Shown: in pieces, positions 59,613 to 61,218 of the stretch
Position numbering within the stretch: position 1 is the stretch's first letter
Layout: the number at the start of each line of letters is the position of its first letter
DNA from: Myxococcota bacterium
GTDB lineage: Bacteria > Myxococcota_A > UBA796 > UBA2385
NCBI GenBank assembly: GCA_044344255.1
Contig: JBIJDH010000032.1
Span: 1 to 61,218, forward strand
Direction: 5' to 3'
Length of the DNA stretch: 61,218 nucleotides
Made by a program: the position numbers and the translations under genes
The notes under the pieces: generated by a model
The model's database searches: none
Seen by the model: the letters and a program-made list of their open reading frames with translations, nothing else
What the model was told of the DNA's origin: nothing

Positions 59613-61051
59613 TCCCCGTCTCCACCGCTGGCGGCGTCCGGGCGCTCGACGCCGCCGTCATCGAGCGCCTCGGGCTCCCCGGGCGCGCCTTGATGGAGGT
59701 GGCGGGCGCCGGCTGCGCGGAGGTCATCCACAGCCGTTGGCCCGAAGCGCCGATCACCGTGCTCTGCGGCCCGGGGAACAACGGAGGGGACGGCTATGTC
59801 ATCGCCCGCCGGCTGCAGGATCAAGGGCACTCCGTCCGCTTACACTCCGCGTGCGCCCCCGCCAGCCCCGACGCCTTGGCCAACGCGGAGAGCTGCGCTC
59901 GGCTGCAGATCCCCATGGTCGCGCTCCCCTTCACGCTCCGCCCCGGAGAGGTGCTGGTCGACGCGCTGCTCGGCACCGGCCAGCGGCAGGCACCGAAGGG
60001 GGCCGTAGCCAACGCCGTGACGTTCCTGAACAAGGCGATCGGGCACCCTCGGGTGGCGATCGACACGCCCACCGGCGTCGACGCCGATCGCGGGCAGGTG
60101 TTGGGAGAGGCCGTCACCGCCACCCTCACCCTGACCTTGGGAGAACATAAGGCGGGCCTCTTCTGTGAGCCCGGCGCCACCCTCGCCGGGGAGGTGCGCC
60201 TCATCGACATCGGCCTCGGACAGGGCCGCGCCCTCGACCCCTCCCTCCGGCCGGCCGCCTGGCTGCTCGAGGACAGCGACACCGCGCCATGGTGGCCCCC
60301 GAGGGGACCCGGGATCGCCAAGTGGGACCGCGGCTATGTCGGTATCCGCGCTGGTGGTGGCGCGGGGGTCCTCTCCGCCCACGCTGCCCTCCGCGCTGGC
60401 GCCGGCCTCGTCACCCTCTTCGTTCCACGTGAGGACTGGTCCGGCTTGCACGGACTCTGGCCCGAGGTGGTGCTGGCCGAGCCCGACCGCATCGGCGTCC
60501 GCCGTCAAGACGCGATCGTGCTCGGACCGGGGCTCGGCCTCGATCCGGTCACGCGAGAAGAGGTGCGCCGCCTCTGGCGTGAGCTCGCCATCCCCCTGGT
60601 CGTCGACGCCGACGCGCTCACCCACCTCGCCGACGCCACCGACCGGGGATGTGGCGGACCGCGGGTCATCACCCCTCACGTCGCCGAGGCCGCCCGCCTG
60701 CTGGCCACCGACCGCGCCGCCGTCGAGGCCGACCGTTTCGCGGCCCTCCAGTCCCTGCGCCGCTTCGGCGTGCCCGTGCTGAAGGGGCGCTTCACCCTGA
60801 TCGGCGCCACCCTAGAGCCCCCCCCTCCGGGGGAAGACGACGCGCCGTGGATCAACCAGACGGGCAGTCACCGGCTGGCCACCGCCGGCTCCGGCGACGT
60901 CCTCGCGGGGGTCATCGCCGCGCTCCTCGCTGCTGGCCTCCCCCCTCGACACGCCGCGGCCCTCGGGGTGACCCTCCATGGCCAGGCCGGAGAGAGAATG
61001 AGCCCCGGTGACACCGCGAGCGACCTGGTCCGCCTGATTCGTCCCGCCTGA
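59609..61051 (+). CDS. nnr: Bifunctional NAD(P)H-hydrate epimerase/dehydratase
   Basis: LMEVAG, CGPGNNGGDG, DALLGTG, GPGLG, DADAL, TPH, LATAGSGDVLAG. Confidence 0.92.
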   Translation: MIPVSTAGGVRALDAAVIERLGLPGRALMEVAGAGCAEVIHSRWPEAPITVLCGPGNNGGDGYVIARRLQDQGHSVRLHSACAPASPDALANAESCARLQIPMVALPFTLRPGEVLVDALLGTGQRQAPKGAVANAVTFLNKAIGHPRVAIDTPTGVDADRGQVLGEAVTATLTLTLGEHKAGLFCEPGATLAGEVRLIDIGLGQGRALDPSLRPAAWLLEDSDTAPWWPPRGPGIAKWDRGYVGIRAGGGAGVLSAHAALRAGAGLVTLFVPREDWSGLHGLWPEVVLAEPDRIGVRRQDAIVLGPGLGLDPVTREEVRRLWRELAIPLVVDADALTHLADATDRGCGGPRVITPHVAEAARLLATDRAAVEADRFAALQSLRRFGVPVLKGRFTLIGATLEPPPPGEDDAPWINQTGSHRLATAGSGDVLAGVIAALLAAGLPPRHAAALGVTLHGQAGERMSPGDTASDLVRLIRPA

Positions 61052-61086
61052 GACCCTCAGCACACTGATCGAGGAAACGAGAGCCC

Positions 61087-61127
61087 GAAAAGAAGAACCC
61101 CCGACCGCCAGAGGCGATCGGGGGTTC
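61087..61127 (-). terminator. Intrinsic terminator downstream of the 5S rRNA
   Basis: Hairpin GAACCCCCGA...TCGGGGGTTC (61095-61127) followed on the minus strand by TTCTTTTC. Confidence 0.75.
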
Positions 61128-61136
61128 AGAAAGATT

Positions 61137-61218
61137 GGTCGGCGATAACCTACTCTCCCACCGGGCTACCCCGGCAGTACCATCGGCGCCTTGGAGCTTA
61201 ACTTCCGTGTTCGGAATG
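61137..61218 (-). rRNA. rrf: 5S rRNA, 3' part (truncated by the window end)
   Basis: Reverse complement contains CATTCCGAACACGGAAGTTAAG, CGCCGATGGTACTG and GGGAGAGTAGG. Confidence 0.95.

Overview
Very GC-rich (roughly 70% by eye), gene-dense bacterial chromosomal segment, most consistent with Myxococcota/deltaproteobacteria (MYXO-CTERM-like tails, pilB-pilC-pilS-pilR-pilA order, ftsH-folP-cdaA-cdaR-glmM-pdxJ). It begins in the 3' end of a tyrosine integrase that abuts a stand-alone rpsD and ends inside a 5S rRNA gene. Core content: class II ribonucleotide reductase with NrdR and DnaA-like boxes, an ion antiporter, tetR-etfBA, a type IVa pilus locus lacking pilT, moaDE, trmB, an oxidative-stress cluster (rubrerythrin, Fe-S oxidoreductase, DUF3501, peroxiredoxin, Fe-SOD), murG and the ftsH to nnr operon. 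Most interesting candidates: (1) pilA followed by two TMTC-like GT-C glycosyltransferases and a PilG-like protein, a possible undescribed pilin glycosylation system; (2) a 133-nt rod-shaped, strand-asymmetric structured RNA (6S-like or cis-regulatory) upstream of the antiporter; (3) a small protein with S24-like and palm-like segments plus a QLPLF clamp motif; (4) an in-frame FolK-transaldolase fusion; (5) an element apparently integrated at the rpsD 3' end; (6) three apparent pseudoenzymes (S8, M28, Ser/Thr kinase). All calls come from motif recognition by eye; no database searches were run, and several start codons are estimates.
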